Shown one piece after another: positions 7,625-15,619 of a stretch of DNA of 32,000 bases. The translations under genes and the position numbers were made by a program. The stretch lies in contig OZ246420.1 in NCBI GenBank assembly GCA_965231145.1, positions 180,001 to 212,000 on the forward strand, in the 5' to 3' direction. Within the stretch, counting starts at the first letter, position 1; every line of letters starts with the position of its first letter. The stretch comes from Candidatus Saccharimonadota bacterium (GTDB lineage: Bacteria; Patescibacteriota; Gracilibacteria; Absconditabacterales; Absconditicoccaceae). Below the pieces are notes generated by a model. The model did not search any database and was not told where the DNA came from. It was given only the letters and a program-made list of their open reading frames with translations.

Positions 7625-9730
7625 ATGGCAGAGTCTAAACCATTACATCTAGTCAGAAACGTTGGTATCATCGCGCATATTGACGCAGGAAAGACAACTA
7701 CAACAGAACGTATCCTTTACTATACAGGTAAGAACCACAAGATCGGTGAAGTACATGAAGGTGCTGCAACGATGGACTGGATGGAACAGGAGCAGGAAAG
7801 AGGTATTACTATTACTTCAGCTGCGACAACATGTTTCTGGAGAGATAACCAGATTAACATCATCGACACTCCAGGTCACGTGGACTTTACTATTGAAGTA
7901 GAGCGTTCTCTTCTCGTACTTGACGGTGCGGTATGTGTACTTTCTTCATCTGATGCGGTTCAGCCTCAGACTGAAACTGTATGGAGACAGGCTGACAAAT
8001 ACGAAGTTCCTCGTATGTGTTTCGTAAACAAGATCGACAAGATCGGTGCAGACTTCAAGATGTGTATTGATGATATTAAGGAAAGACTTTCTGGAAAGGC
8101 AGTAGCTATCCAGCTTCCATATGGTGAGTCGTCAGACTTCAAGGGTATCGTAAACCTCATTAACATGAAGTACTATACATTTGAAGGAGACAATGGTGAA
8201 AAGCAAGTAGAGCACGACATTCCAGAAGATTTCAGAGCTGAGTGTGAATCTCGCAGAGAAATGCTTCTCGATGCTGCATCATCGTTTGATGATGAGCTCG
8301 CTGATAAGTTCCTTGGTGGTGAAGAAGTATCTATTGAGCTTCTTAAGAAAGCTGTAAGAAAGGGTGTAGTTACAGGAGAAATGTATCCAGTACTCGTAGG
8401 TTCAGCACTCAGAAATGCAGGTGTTCAGCTTATGCTCGACGCTGTCGTAGATTTCCTTCCATCTCCACTCGACATTGGTAACGTTCACGGAACTGATCTC
8501 GATGATGCTGATAAGCACATGGAAAGAGAGCCAAAAGACGATGCTCCAACATCATCTCTTGCATTCAAGATTATGACTGACCCATTTGTAGGTACTCTTA
8601 CGTTCGTAAGAATTTACTCTGGAGTGGTAAGATCTGGTGATGCGCTTCTCAATACAAGAACAGGAAACAAAGAGCGTATCGGGCGTTTGCTCCTCATGCA
8701 TGCAAATAAGAGAGAAGAAATTTCAGAAATCCACGCAGGACATATTGCTGCCTTCCTCGGTCTTAAGGACGTGAAGACAGGAGATACGCTCTGTGATATT
8801 AAGGATCCTATCGTTCTTGAGCGTATGGAGTTCCCTGAGCCAGTTATCTCGATCGCTGTAGAACCAGCATCGAAGAAGGATCAGGAAAAAATGGGTGTCG
8901 GACTCGGAAAGCTTGCTTATGAAGATCCATCATTCCGTTTCTATACAGACGAAGAGACAGGACAGACTATTATTGCGGGTATGGGAGAACTCCATCTTGA
9001 AATTATTGTTGACCGTCTTAAGAGAGAGCACAAGGTAGAGGTAGTAACTGGTAAGCCACAGGTTGCATACAGAGAAGCTATTTCTCACAATGCAGATGGT
9101 GAAGGAAAGTTCGTTCGTCAGTCTGGAGGACGTGGACAATACGGTCACGTACTTATCCATCTTGAAAAGCTCGAAGAAGAAGGAAAGATCTACGAGTTCC
9201 GTGATGATGTATCTGGAGGTACGATTCCTAAGGAGTTCATCCCAGCTATCGATAAGGGTGCTCAGGAAGTTATCAAGCAAGGTCCTATCGCTGGTTACCC
9301 AGTGATTGGTGTAAGAGTTGCTCCATACGATGGTTCATACCACGATGTCGACTCTTCAGAAGTTGCCTTCAAGGTTGCGACATACAGAGCGTTCAAGGAC
9401 GCGTTCTCTAAGGCAGGAGCTATGCTTCTCGAGCCAGTGATGAATGTAGAGGTAGTTACACCAGATGAGTACATGGGTGATGTTATGGGAGACCTTTCAT
9501 CAAGAAGAGGACTTATCAGCGGACAGGATCAGAGAGGAAAAGCTATGATCATCAAAGCTAAGGTACCACTTTCAGAAATGTTCGGTTACTCAACTCAGGT
9601 TCGTTCTATGACTCAGGGTAGAGCATCTTACTCTATGGAGTTCGCTTCATACGAGAAGGTGCCAAACAACGTAGCTGACAAGATCATCGAAGAAAGAAAA
9701 GGAAAAGTGAAAGGACTCGATGACGAATAA
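7625..9730 (+). CDS. fusA: Translation elongation factor G
   Basis: 701-aa uninterrupted ORF with G-domain motifs [17 protein letters not shown] and NKIDK. It is EF-G-like along its full length. It has no in-frame TGA and ends in TAA. Confidence 0.97.
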   Translation: MAESKPLHLVRNVGIIAHIDAGKTTTTERILYYTGKNHKIGEVHEGAATMDWMEQEQERGITITSAATTCFWRDNQINIIDTPGHVDFTIEVERSLLVLDGAVCVLSSSDAVQPQTETVWRQADKYEVPRMCFVNKIDKIGADFKMCIDDIKERLSGKAVAIQLPYGESSDFKGIVNLINMKYYTFEGDNGEKQVEHDIPEDFRAECESRREMLLDAASSFDDELADKFLGGEEVSIELLKKAVRKGVVTGEMYPVLVGSALRNAGVQLMLDAVVDFLPSPLDIGNVHGTDLDDADKHMEREPKDDAPTSSLAFKIMTDPFVGTLTFVRIYSGVVRSGDALLNTRTGNKERIGRLLLMHANKREEISEIHAGHIAAFLGLKDVKTGDTLCDIKDPIVLERMEFPEPVISIAVEPASKKDQEKMGVGLGKLAYEDPSFRFYTDEETGQTIIAGMGELHLEIIVDRLKREHKVEVVTGKPQVAYREAISHNADGEGKFVRQSGGRGQYGHVLIHLEKLEEEGKIYEFRDDVSGGTIPKEFIPAIDKGAQEVIKQGPIAGYPVIGVRVAPYDGSYHDVDSSEVAFKVATYRAFKDAFSKAGAMLLEPVMNVEVVTPDEYMGDVMGDLSSRRGLISGQDQRGKAMIIKAKVPLSEMFGYSTQVRSMTQGRASYSMEFASYEKVPNNVADKIIEERKGKVKGLDDE

Positions 9731-9739
9731 TATACAATG

Positions 9740-9767
9740 CACAAATCACAGGTCACAAAGCACAATT
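9740..9767. repeat. Heptanucleotide array CACAAAT CACAGGT CACAAAG CACAATT
   Basis: Four consecutive CACAnnn units starting 10 nt after the fusA stop codon. Confidence 0.7.
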
Positions 9768-9777
9768 ATATATGCTG

Positions 9778-9806
9778 AAAAATCCCTCCAAGCGGGGGAT
9801 TTTTTT
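9778..9806 (+). terminator. Rho-independent terminator of fusA
   Basis: AAAAATCCC ... GGGATTTTT stem followed by a T-run. The T-run merges into the next promoter's -35 element. Confidence 0.8.
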
Positions 9807-9832
9807 GACAATGATCAGTAAAATACTATACT
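9805..9832 (+). promoter_or_regulatory. Sigma70-type promoter
   Basis: TTGACA (9805-9810), a 16-nt spacer, then TATACT (9827-9832). Confidence 0.65.
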
Positions 9833-9862
9833 TATACGGAGGTTTATTTCTTAGAAATTACT

Positions 9863-10729
9863 ATGAAAAATAGTGTTAATGGTGGTGATAATTCCTCCAT
9901 TTCTCTGGGATGATCCCATTCTATAGCGTCGGGCATGCTTGTCTCGACTTTGCAAAATGACTATGATAATGCATCATTTGTTAAGAATTTTCATGAGATC
10001 AACCAGCAGGACGTGGTGAATCTTTCTACGACACATCTCTTAGAAGATATCATTTTGAAGAATTTCCCGAAGCATAAACATCTGGTACGGGCTGAACTTG
10101 GGGGTGGTTCACATATAGGTGCCAATCACTATACTAAACTTTTTGATGCATCAGCGCACATTGATTGGGTTGATCTGTCACGTGCCATGCTTGACGAAGC
10201 AAGTCGTGTCTTGTCTTCTGAACCAGAAAAGGCTGCTAAAGTTACGCTGGTGCATAAATCTTTTATTGACTATCTTTCTTCGATGTCTGATAGTTCATTG
10301 GATGTAGTAAACATGAAATATTGCATCAATTATCTTACGCCAGGGGAGTTATCTTTATTTATGGATCTTCTTCATCAGAAACTCAAAAAAGGATGACTAT
10401 TTACTGCAAATTATGGGATGCGAAAGGGAGTACTTCCTACCAGCACATCCACGGCAAAGTTTCTTCACAATGGTAAGCCTCTTTCAGAGGCAACTGCTCT
10501 CAAGGATGGAGATACGTATACAATTATATTCGTCAATGAACAGGGAACACCTTTGAATACGTGAACAACAAAGAATTTTTACTCAAAAGATCATTTGTAT
10601 ACAGCTGCGTATGGCAAGAGCAACTGAAAGGATGATGAGAGATTTGAAATATTTATCTGATCATCACATGATTATCTCCCAGAAGACACAAGAGAAGTAC
10701 TATGAGTTATGGTCTTACGTAAGAAATAG
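9863..10729 (+). CDS. Class I SAM-dependent methyltransferase (substrate unknown)
   Basis: ATG at 9863 is in frame with ORF 9935..10396. Six in-frame TGA codons are read as Gly. Motif I is like AELGGGSHIG. KLKKG-G-LF matches the LxxGG post-II motif, with the TGA at 10394-10396 supplying the second G. The stop is TAG at 10727-10729, giving 288 aa. Confidence 0.75.
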
Positions 10730-10730
10730 T

Positions 10731-10759
10731 AAAAATTCCCCACGCGGGGGATTTTTTTT
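10731..10759 (+). terminator. Rho-independent terminator
   Basis: AAAAATTCCCC, loop ACGC, GGGGGATTTT, followed by a T-run. Confidence 0.75.
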
Positions 10760-10763
10760 GTTA

Positions 10764-10792
10764 TTGATTTGTTGTATATTGCTAATTACAAT
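10764..10792 (+). promoter_or_regulatory. Sigma70-type promoter
   Basis: TTGATT (10764-10769), a 17-nt spacer, then TACAAT (10787-10792). The ATG at 10807 implies a very short leader. Confidence 0.6.
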
Positions 10793-10806
10793 ATAGCTGA
10801 TTTATT

Positions 10807-11286
10807 ATGTATGTGCTACTCATGAATCATCTTTCGCCTAATGTACAAGTGATAAAAAATGCTCTTGATAAGAAATATGTAGCATGACAAACAGGGTGGC
10901 CATTTTCTGTAGTGGATACAGTGAAAACACTCATGCAAGCATTGGTTTTAGAGCCAAAGGAGAAGGATCAGGTTGTTGAAATAACTGCAGCGAAACTTCA
11001 TGAAATCTTATCAGCCGGAGTATATAATAAATGTTCTGCGATGCTAGGAAGTCTGGAGCTCTATAAGAATATAGCTGATAACAGGACGAAAACAGTAACA
11101 TTTATGGCTAACCATAAGCAGGAGCAAATCGATCTTATTCATGGGCAGCTCCTTGATTCTCCGAAAGATTATGAAGCTATGAAGTGTATGAATGATCATA
11201 TGGAAGATGTGCATAAGGATTTCCTTAACAAGCAACATAACCCAGAAAGAGATTGAGCAGATATAGTTCTTACAAGTGCCGCTTAA
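10807..11286 (+). CDS. Hypothetical protein, 159 aa
   Basis: ATG at 10807 is in frame with ORF 10912..11256. TGA at 10885-10887 and 11254-11256 are read through. The stop is TAA at 11284-11286. Confidence 0.6.
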
Positions 11287-11291
11287 ATAAG

Positions 11292-11319
11292 AAAAACTCT
11301 CCGTCCAGGAGAGTTTTTT
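11292..11319. terminator. Bidirectional rho-independent terminator
   Basis: AAAAACTCTCC, loop GTCCA, GGAGAGTTTTT. It is flanked by A-runs and T-runs and sits between convergent genes. Confidence 0.75.
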
Positions 11320-11339
11320 GATGCATTGGATCTATGATG

Positions 11340-11924
11340 TTATTCTTCAAATAAGCCTTGTTTCAAATGGTTTGAGAAGTCTTCTCTGTCTTCTTCCTCT
11401 CTGTTTGTGTGGATGTTTACCATGTTAGCTCTGCCCATATGTCTTGCCTGGCTGAGTACCTGCCAGAGCGTATAGATGATGCCGATGAGAAGGAGGAGAG
11501 AGATAAGATAGTATCGATTTGTGAGTGATACAGTATAAGTGAAATTGTTCTTTACGAGAAATGTTACATCACCGATAGCAACAAATGCTGTCGTCATCAT
11601 CATGATCATGGCAAGGGAGAAGAGCATGTCATTTTCCTTGAAGCCAATAACCTGATTGAGGAAAGCCTTAAATCTAAAGCTTATTGACCATCCGACAAGG
11701 ATGATAAACGAAAGGAAAATGATGACATTAGATTTGATAAAATACATATTCAACAGGCCAAAGGCCTTTGCCGGTTCATCGGCAAGAGGAGAAATAGAGA
11801 TAATTGGCATGAAAATAAGACAGACACCAAGAGCTATTGCGTAGATGATAAATAGCTTTTCTGTCGTTGAGTATCTTCCCCATTTGTGGCTAAATACTGC
11901 GCTCGTGTTCTTATAGGCTGACAT
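11340..11924 (-). CDS. Hypothetical multipass membrane protein, 194 aa
   Basis: Uninterrupted ORF with a TAA stop, several hydrophobic segments and an acidic C-terminal tail. It lies 39 nt downstream of bcp. Confidence 0.7.
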   Translation of the reverse strand: MSAYKNTSAVFSHKWGRYSTTEKLFIIYAIALGVCLIFMPIISISPLADEPAKAFGLLNMYFIKSNVIIFLSFIILVGWSISFRFKAFLNQVIGFKENDMLFSLAMIMMMTTAFVAIGDVTFLVKNNFTYTVSLTNRYYLISLLLLIGIIYTLWQVLSQARHMGRANMVNIHTNREEEDREDFSNHLKQGLFEE

Positions 11925-11963
11925 ACTATCAACTGATAAACAAATAAATCTTCGGCACTCTGT

Positions 11964-12422
11964 TTAGAGTTTTTGTATGTATTCAAGCACGTCTTTTGCG
12001 TGTCATAGTGGTATTACTTCTTCCCACTTATACAAAACTGTGCCCTTATTGTCAAGAAGATAGGTGTTTCTCAGTGTCGCGATATATTCTTTTCCCATGA
12101 ATTTCTTTGGACCTTCTGCTTTGAAAAAGCCTTGGAGGATTTTATCCTTATCGGAGATCAGTCCTACGCTGAGCTCTTGCTCTTGCTGAAATTTACAATG
12201 AGACTTGCTGCTGTCTTTGCTCACACCAATGATCTGAGCGTCTGCTTTTGCAAACTTTTTGAGGTGCTCAGAAAACTCTTTTGCTTCTATCGTGCAGCCA
12301 GGAGTGTTGTCTTTTGGATAAAAGTAGAGGACGGTATATTTCTTTTTCTGTAAGAGATCTCCGAATGATATCTTCTCGTTGACTCCCTGAGGGTTCGTAT
12401 AAGCGAAAACAGTATTCAGCAT
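11964..12422 (-). CDS. bcp: Peroxiredoxin, Bcp/AhpC-TSA family
   Basis: The peroxidatic-Cys motif FYPKDNTPGCTIEA is present. TGA at 12003-12005 is read as Gly, giving the C-terminus PL-G-HAKDVLEYIQKL and TAA at 11964-11966. The product is 152 aa. Confidence 0.85.
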
Positions 12423-12442
12423 CGTGGTCTGGAAATAGTGTA

Positions 12443-12475
12443 TAAAAAAAATAAGAAATGCGATGATTTCTTATC
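12443..12475 (-). terminator. Rho-independent terminator (minus strand)
   Basis: On the minus strand, ATAAGAAAT, loop CATCGC, ATTTCTTAT, followed by TTTTTTTT. Confidence 0.8.
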
Positions 12476-12511
12476 TTTGTATGTATTGTTACTGTTTTAT
12501 CCATATGAATT

Positions 12512-12922
12512 TTAGAGACTTCCGCTTGGACTGTTATAGTAGTCATTTTGATAGGAAGGGGTAGTAGATGTTCCGTTGAACATGTCTCCAAATCATTCTG
12601 ATCCGATGCCCATGATTTTCTTGATGATGACTCCGGCTCTGTTGAAAATATTTTGAGCGGTGTAGTCTTGATAGCCGCTTACTTTCATCTGTTTGAAAAG
12701 GATTGGAAATACAAAAAGGAGTAGTATCGTGATGATAATACCCATGATTGTATATCTAATGTTCTTAATAGCTTTTTGTATCACATCGTCTTTTCCGTCA
12801 GAGAAGATGAACTGGAAAATAGCACGGAAAAGAGAGTATATAGCTCCTGCAAACACGATAATGATAAGAATAGCGAGCACCGTGAGGATGATATCCTGCA
12901 TGGTTGTGTAGGTACTATTCAT
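12512..12922 (-). CDS. Small two-helix membrane protein, VirB2/TrbC pilin-like (hypothetical)
   Basis: ORF 12593..12922 extends through TGA (12593-12595) to TAA at 12512-12514, giving 136 aa. Two hydrophobic helices flank FQFIFSDGKDDVIQKAIKNIRYTIMGIIITILL. This is the same loop pattern as the three modules in 1042..2103. Confidence 0.65.
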
Positions 12923-12950
12923 GAAAGAATATGCGACCAGAAAGTAAAAA

Positions 12951-13247
12951 TTACTTAGCTTCTTTCTTCGGCTTTCTGTTCTTTATCTTGTGTGTAAAGT
13001 AATTCTTGAACATCTCATCTTTTGTATGAGTGTGAAGAAGCTTAGCAAGTCTTTCAGATGGTTTAGCGCCAGTTCCGATAAGTTCTTTCGTTCTTTCTGT
13101 ATTTACTTCCATCTTGTGGTTAAGAGGGTTATACCATCCAAGAACTTCCTTGTAGCCTGCCTTTACTGGCTTAGTATGCTCAGTGAGGACGATTCTGAAG
13201 AAAGGACTTTTTGTTCTACCTGCTCTTGCTAGTCTAAGGGTTAACAT
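12951..13247 (-). CDS. rpsP: 30S ribosomal protein S16
   Basis: MLTLRLARAGRTKSPFFRIVLTEHTKPVKAGYKEVLGWYNP... is the canonical S16 N-terminus. The product is 98 aa and the stop is TAA. Confidence 0.95.
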   Translation of the reverse strand: MLTLRLARAGRTKSPFFRIVLTEHTKPVKAGYKEVLGWYNPLNHKMEVNTERTKELIGTGAKPSERLAKLLHTHTKDEMFKNYFTHKIKNRKPKKEAK

Positions 13248-13280
13248 ATTTACAGTGCATAATAATGATAAAGGGAACAG

Positions 13281-13346
13281 AGTAGCAATTAGATTATAGA
13301 TGTTAGCAAAATAAGGTTGCTATAATCTAACATCTATGTGCTAACT
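13281..13346. repeat. Interleaved inverted repeats between rpmG and rpsP
   Basis: TAGATTATA (13289-13297) pairs with TATAATCTA (13321-13329). ATAGATGTTAG (13295-13305) pairs with CTAACATCTAT (13327-13337). The two pairings overlap and cannot nest. Confidence 0.7.
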
Positions 13347-13357
13347 GCTGATTAAGA

Positions 13358-13537
13358 TTATTTAAGTTTTTCTTTTGCTTTGTGAACAGTATGAGTTCTG
13401 CACTGATTACAGTACTTCTTGATCTCAAGCTTAGGATCATTTACCTTATTAACCATAACAACATAGTTCTGCTTACCACATGTTGTACAGATGAGGGCAA
13501 CATTGATTCTAGCTCACTTTTTCTTTTTTCCAGCCAT
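13358..13537 (-). CDS. rpmG: 50S ribosomal protein L33
   Basis: The minus-strand translation is MAGKKKK-G-ARINVALICTTCGKQNYVVMVNKVNDPKLEIKKYCNQCRTHTVHKAKEKLK. It has the CxxC...CxxC zinc-ribbon pattern and one in-frame TGA. It is absent from the ORF track because the TGA splits it. The stop is TAA. Confidence 0.9.
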
Positions 13538-13649
13538 TGATTATACCATATATAACTAAAGATAAATTACTTAATTCGTGTAAAACTGAAGACGTAAAAC
13601 CAAAAATAGTTTTGAAATTTTAGTTTTAGGTTTTTAGTTTGAGAGAGTA

Positions 13650-13723
13650 TAGCTTTGGGCGGACTTGAACCGCCGACCTCGTCCTTATGAGAGACACGCT
13701 CTAACCAGCTGAGCTACAAAGCC
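13650..13723 (-). tRNA. tRNA-Met (anticodon CAT, elongator-type; Ile2/lysidine identity not excluded)
   Basis: A 74-nt cloverleaf was folded by hand. The acceptor is GGCTTTG/CAAAGCT (G1-U72 wobble). The D arm is GCTC/GAGC. The anticodon loop is CTCATAA. The T arm is GGCGG-TTCAAGT-CCGCC. It lacks the three G-C pairs of an initiator anticodon stem, and CCA is not encoded. Confidence 0.85.
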
Positions 13724-13729
13724 ATGGTT

Positions 13730-13814
13730 CGGTGAGGGCGGGATTCGAACCCGCGGTACCTTTCGGTACGACTCGTTAGCAGTGAGCTGACTTCGACCAC
13801 TCATCCACCTCACC
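13730..13814 (-). tRNA. tRNA-Ser (anticodon GCT), type II with long variable arm
   Basis: 85 nt. The acceptor is GGTGAGG/CCTCACC. The anticodon loop is CTGCTAA. The variable arm is GTACC-GAAA-GGTAC. The T arm is GCGGG-TTCGAAT-CCCGC. There is an A31-C39 mismatch at the base of the anticodon loop. Confidence 0.85.
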
Positions 13815-13835
13815 ATCTTTTTTTAGACGTAAAAA

Positions 13836-13850
13836 ACGCATGCGATGCGT
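13836..13850 (-). terminator. Short hairpin plus U6 directly upstream of tRNA-Ser
   Basis: ACGCAT / ATGCGT with a 3-nt loop. On the minus strand it is followed by TTTTTT (13831-13836), 16 nt before the tRNA-Ser 5' end. Confidence 0.4.
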
Positions 13851-13914
13851 CCTTTGTGTTTTTCTGCCTCACGCAGAGAGAGCGTACGTGTTTCCTGTTT
13901 GCTCTTTGCACGAA

Positions 13915-13942
13915 TATATACATATTTTCCATTGTAATGCAA
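13915..13942 (-). promoter_or_regulatory. Sigma70-type promoter (minus strand) upstream of the tRNA cluster
   Basis: The minus strand reads TTGCAT (13942-13937), a 16-nt spacer, then TATATA (13920-13915). Confidence 0.5.
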
Positions 13943-13982
13943 GGGAAACTTATTAAACATTATTACATAATATTAGTTCAAG

Positions 13983-14034
13983 GTTCATAAAGTTCATAAA
14001 GTCAAAAATTTTATGAACTTTCTCCTTTATAAAC
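13983..14034. repeat. Word-built inverted-repeat element (AGTTCATAAAGT family), copy B
   Basis: GTTCATAAA is tandemly duplicated at 13983-14000. A perfect 10-bp inverted repeat, AGTTCATAAA (13991-14000) and TTTATGAACT (14010-14019), has a 9-nt spacer. CTTTATAAAC lies at 14025-14034. Confidence 0.75.
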
Positions 14035-14049
14035 TTTAAAAACCGAGGA

Positions 14050-14607
14050 ATGAACGAAGTAATAACATGATGACTCGATGTTGGAAATGTTTCCAACAGC
14101 CTCGGAGAGGCGAGTGAACAGGATATGGTAAGAGTATCAGAAAGTATGCAAAAAGCAGCTCAGATTGGCTGACAGATACGCGATGACCAGATAAAAAATA
14201 GTTTTCTTGCTCAGTTTTTGACTTTCCTTTTTCAGTCTATCCAGCACGATGAAATCTGGGCGATGAGTGTAGAGCTTTTTTCAAAGCCATCGGAAAGTCT
14301 TGGTGGGTGAGCGGCACTTTCTCTTCATGAGATGGTGGCTTTGTTTCTTCCATTCTACTCGTATAAGGCGCAAGAGCTAGGTCTCGATCAGACATTCCCA
14401 AATCTTCACTATGCAATTTCTCTTTCCCAGGAGGCATATATGGGCTATGTACATACACTGTATAGTCAATATCCTCTTTATCAAAAACTCGATAGAGACA
14501 CACTCGCGACACTTGTTACCTCGCTTTTACTCTATCATAGTATTGTGACAGTACCAGAGGGGAAGACATTTGATGATGTTCTCAATCCCATCCGTATATC
14601 ACTCTAA
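14050..14607 (+). CDS. Hypothetical protein, 185 aa
   Basis: ATG at 14050 is in frame with ORF 14332..14607. Four TGA codons are read through, including the tandem TGA-TGA at 14068-14073. The stop is TAA. The start is uncertain. Confidence 0.55.
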
Positions 14608-14628
14608 ATTTATACATTTCGTCCGCTC

Positions 14629-15423
14629 ATGGAGATCATCCGCATAACAGGACTTGAAAAAACATTTCATTCGTGGCAGAAGAACACTCCCATCTTACAG
14701 GGAGTCAATTTGTCTGTACAAGCAGGAGAGATCTATGGCTTTTTGGGTGCAAATGGCGTGGGAAAGACAACATTGCTTAAATGCATCTTCCAGTTTATTA
14801 CACATGATGCTGGGTCAATAGAACTTTTTGGTACTCGCGACTATTATCACCAAAAGTACTTTTCTCGCATCGGCTATGCGCCGGAGGTAACTAATTTATA
14901 TGCTTTTCTCACCGGGAGAGAGCTTCTCGCTTATATGGCTAAACTTGCTAACAACTCAAAACTCAAAACCCAAAACTCAAAATCTTATAAGGAGAAATCA
15001 TCGGACTCGAAAATCGAAAATCGAAAATCTAACATCGATTTGTTATTGGGCAAGCTGTGACTGGGTTTCGCTGCAGATCGTTTGGTAAAAACATACTCAA
15101 AAGGTATGAAACAAAGGCTTTCTTTAGCTGCTTCTCTTATCAATGATCCAGAGCTCATTTTTTGGGATGAGCCGATGTCTGGACTTGACCCACTGGGTCG
15201 TATTCTCGTCAAAGATCTCATGAAGGAACTGAAAGCGCAGGGGAAAACTATTTTCTTCAACACACATATCCTCTCGGACGTGCAGGAGATTGCCGACAGA
15301 TTTGCTATCCTTCATAATGGCGTGATCGTCCATGAAGACGCGCCGAGCGCGATTTCTGGATCCCTCGAAACGTTTTTTACTGACACGGTAAGGGGATTGG
15401 ATGAGCATGTAAATATTTATTAA
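14629..15423 (+). CDS. ABC transporter ATP-binding protein (ABC-2/NatA-like), no adjacent permease
   Basis: ORFs 14629..15060 and 15082..15423 share a frame across TGA at 15058-15060. Walker A is GANGVGKTT. The signature is YSKGMKQRL. Walker B is LIFWDEP. The H-loop is NTHIL. A K/S/N-rich insert, NNSKLKTQNSKSYKEKSSDSKIENRKSN, lies between the Q-loop and the signature. The stop is TAA. Confidence 0.9.
14954..14981. repeat. Heptanucleotide array ACTCAAA x4 (one ACCCAAA variant) inside the ABC ATPase CDS
   Basis: Read directly from the sequence: ACTCAAA ACTCAAA ACCCAAA ACTCAAA. Confidence 0.8.
15007..15027. repeat. Heptanucleotide array TCGAAAA x3 inside the ABC ATPase CDS
   Basis: Three perfect 7-nt units, flanked by degenerate copies (TCGGAC upstream, TCTAACA downstream). 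Confidence 0.8.
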
Positions 15424-15430
15424 ATAGAAG

Positions 15431-15487
15431 CTTAAAACTAAAAACTAAAATCTAGAAGCTTTCAGGTTTAGGGTTTTAATTTTGAGG
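15431..15487 (+). terminator. Long imperfect hairpin built from heptamer words (terminator-like, no clear U-tract)
   Basis: CTTAAAACTAAAAACTAAAATCT pairs with AGGTTTAGGGTTTTAATTTTGAGG. That is 16 Watson-Crick pairs, 4 G-U pairs and 3 mismatches. The G-U pairs exist only in the + strand RNA. The left arm is flanked by the direct repeat TAGAAGCTT. Confidence 0.4.
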
Positions 15488-15619
15488 TATTATGTAATAT
15501 TTAGAAGATAAGTCTACGCAATATTTGTATATATGTAGGAAAGGGGGTAGTGGATTTTGTCCGCTATTTTTTTTTGATTACACTTTACATTAGTGGATTT
15601 TATACTTTTTTGCACTACT

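Noticed and set aside
13771-13790. Alternative fold of the type II tRNA giving a CUA (amber-reading) anticodon.
   Set aside because: That register leaves no complementary anticodon stem and puts G rather than U at position 33. The GCU register gives U33, a purine at position 37 and four stem pairs.
14954-15487. Heptamer arrays and word hairpins considered as a possible CRISPR array or minisatellite.
   Set aside because: The units are 7-12 nt with no unique spacers of 25-40 nt. No repeat of CRISPR length is present and no cas genes are in the window.
15464-15487. TTTAGGG / GGTTTTA telomere-like words.
   Set aside because: These are single occurrences forming the complementary arm of an A-rich heptamer hairpin. 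There is no tandem telomeric array, and the context is mid-contig.
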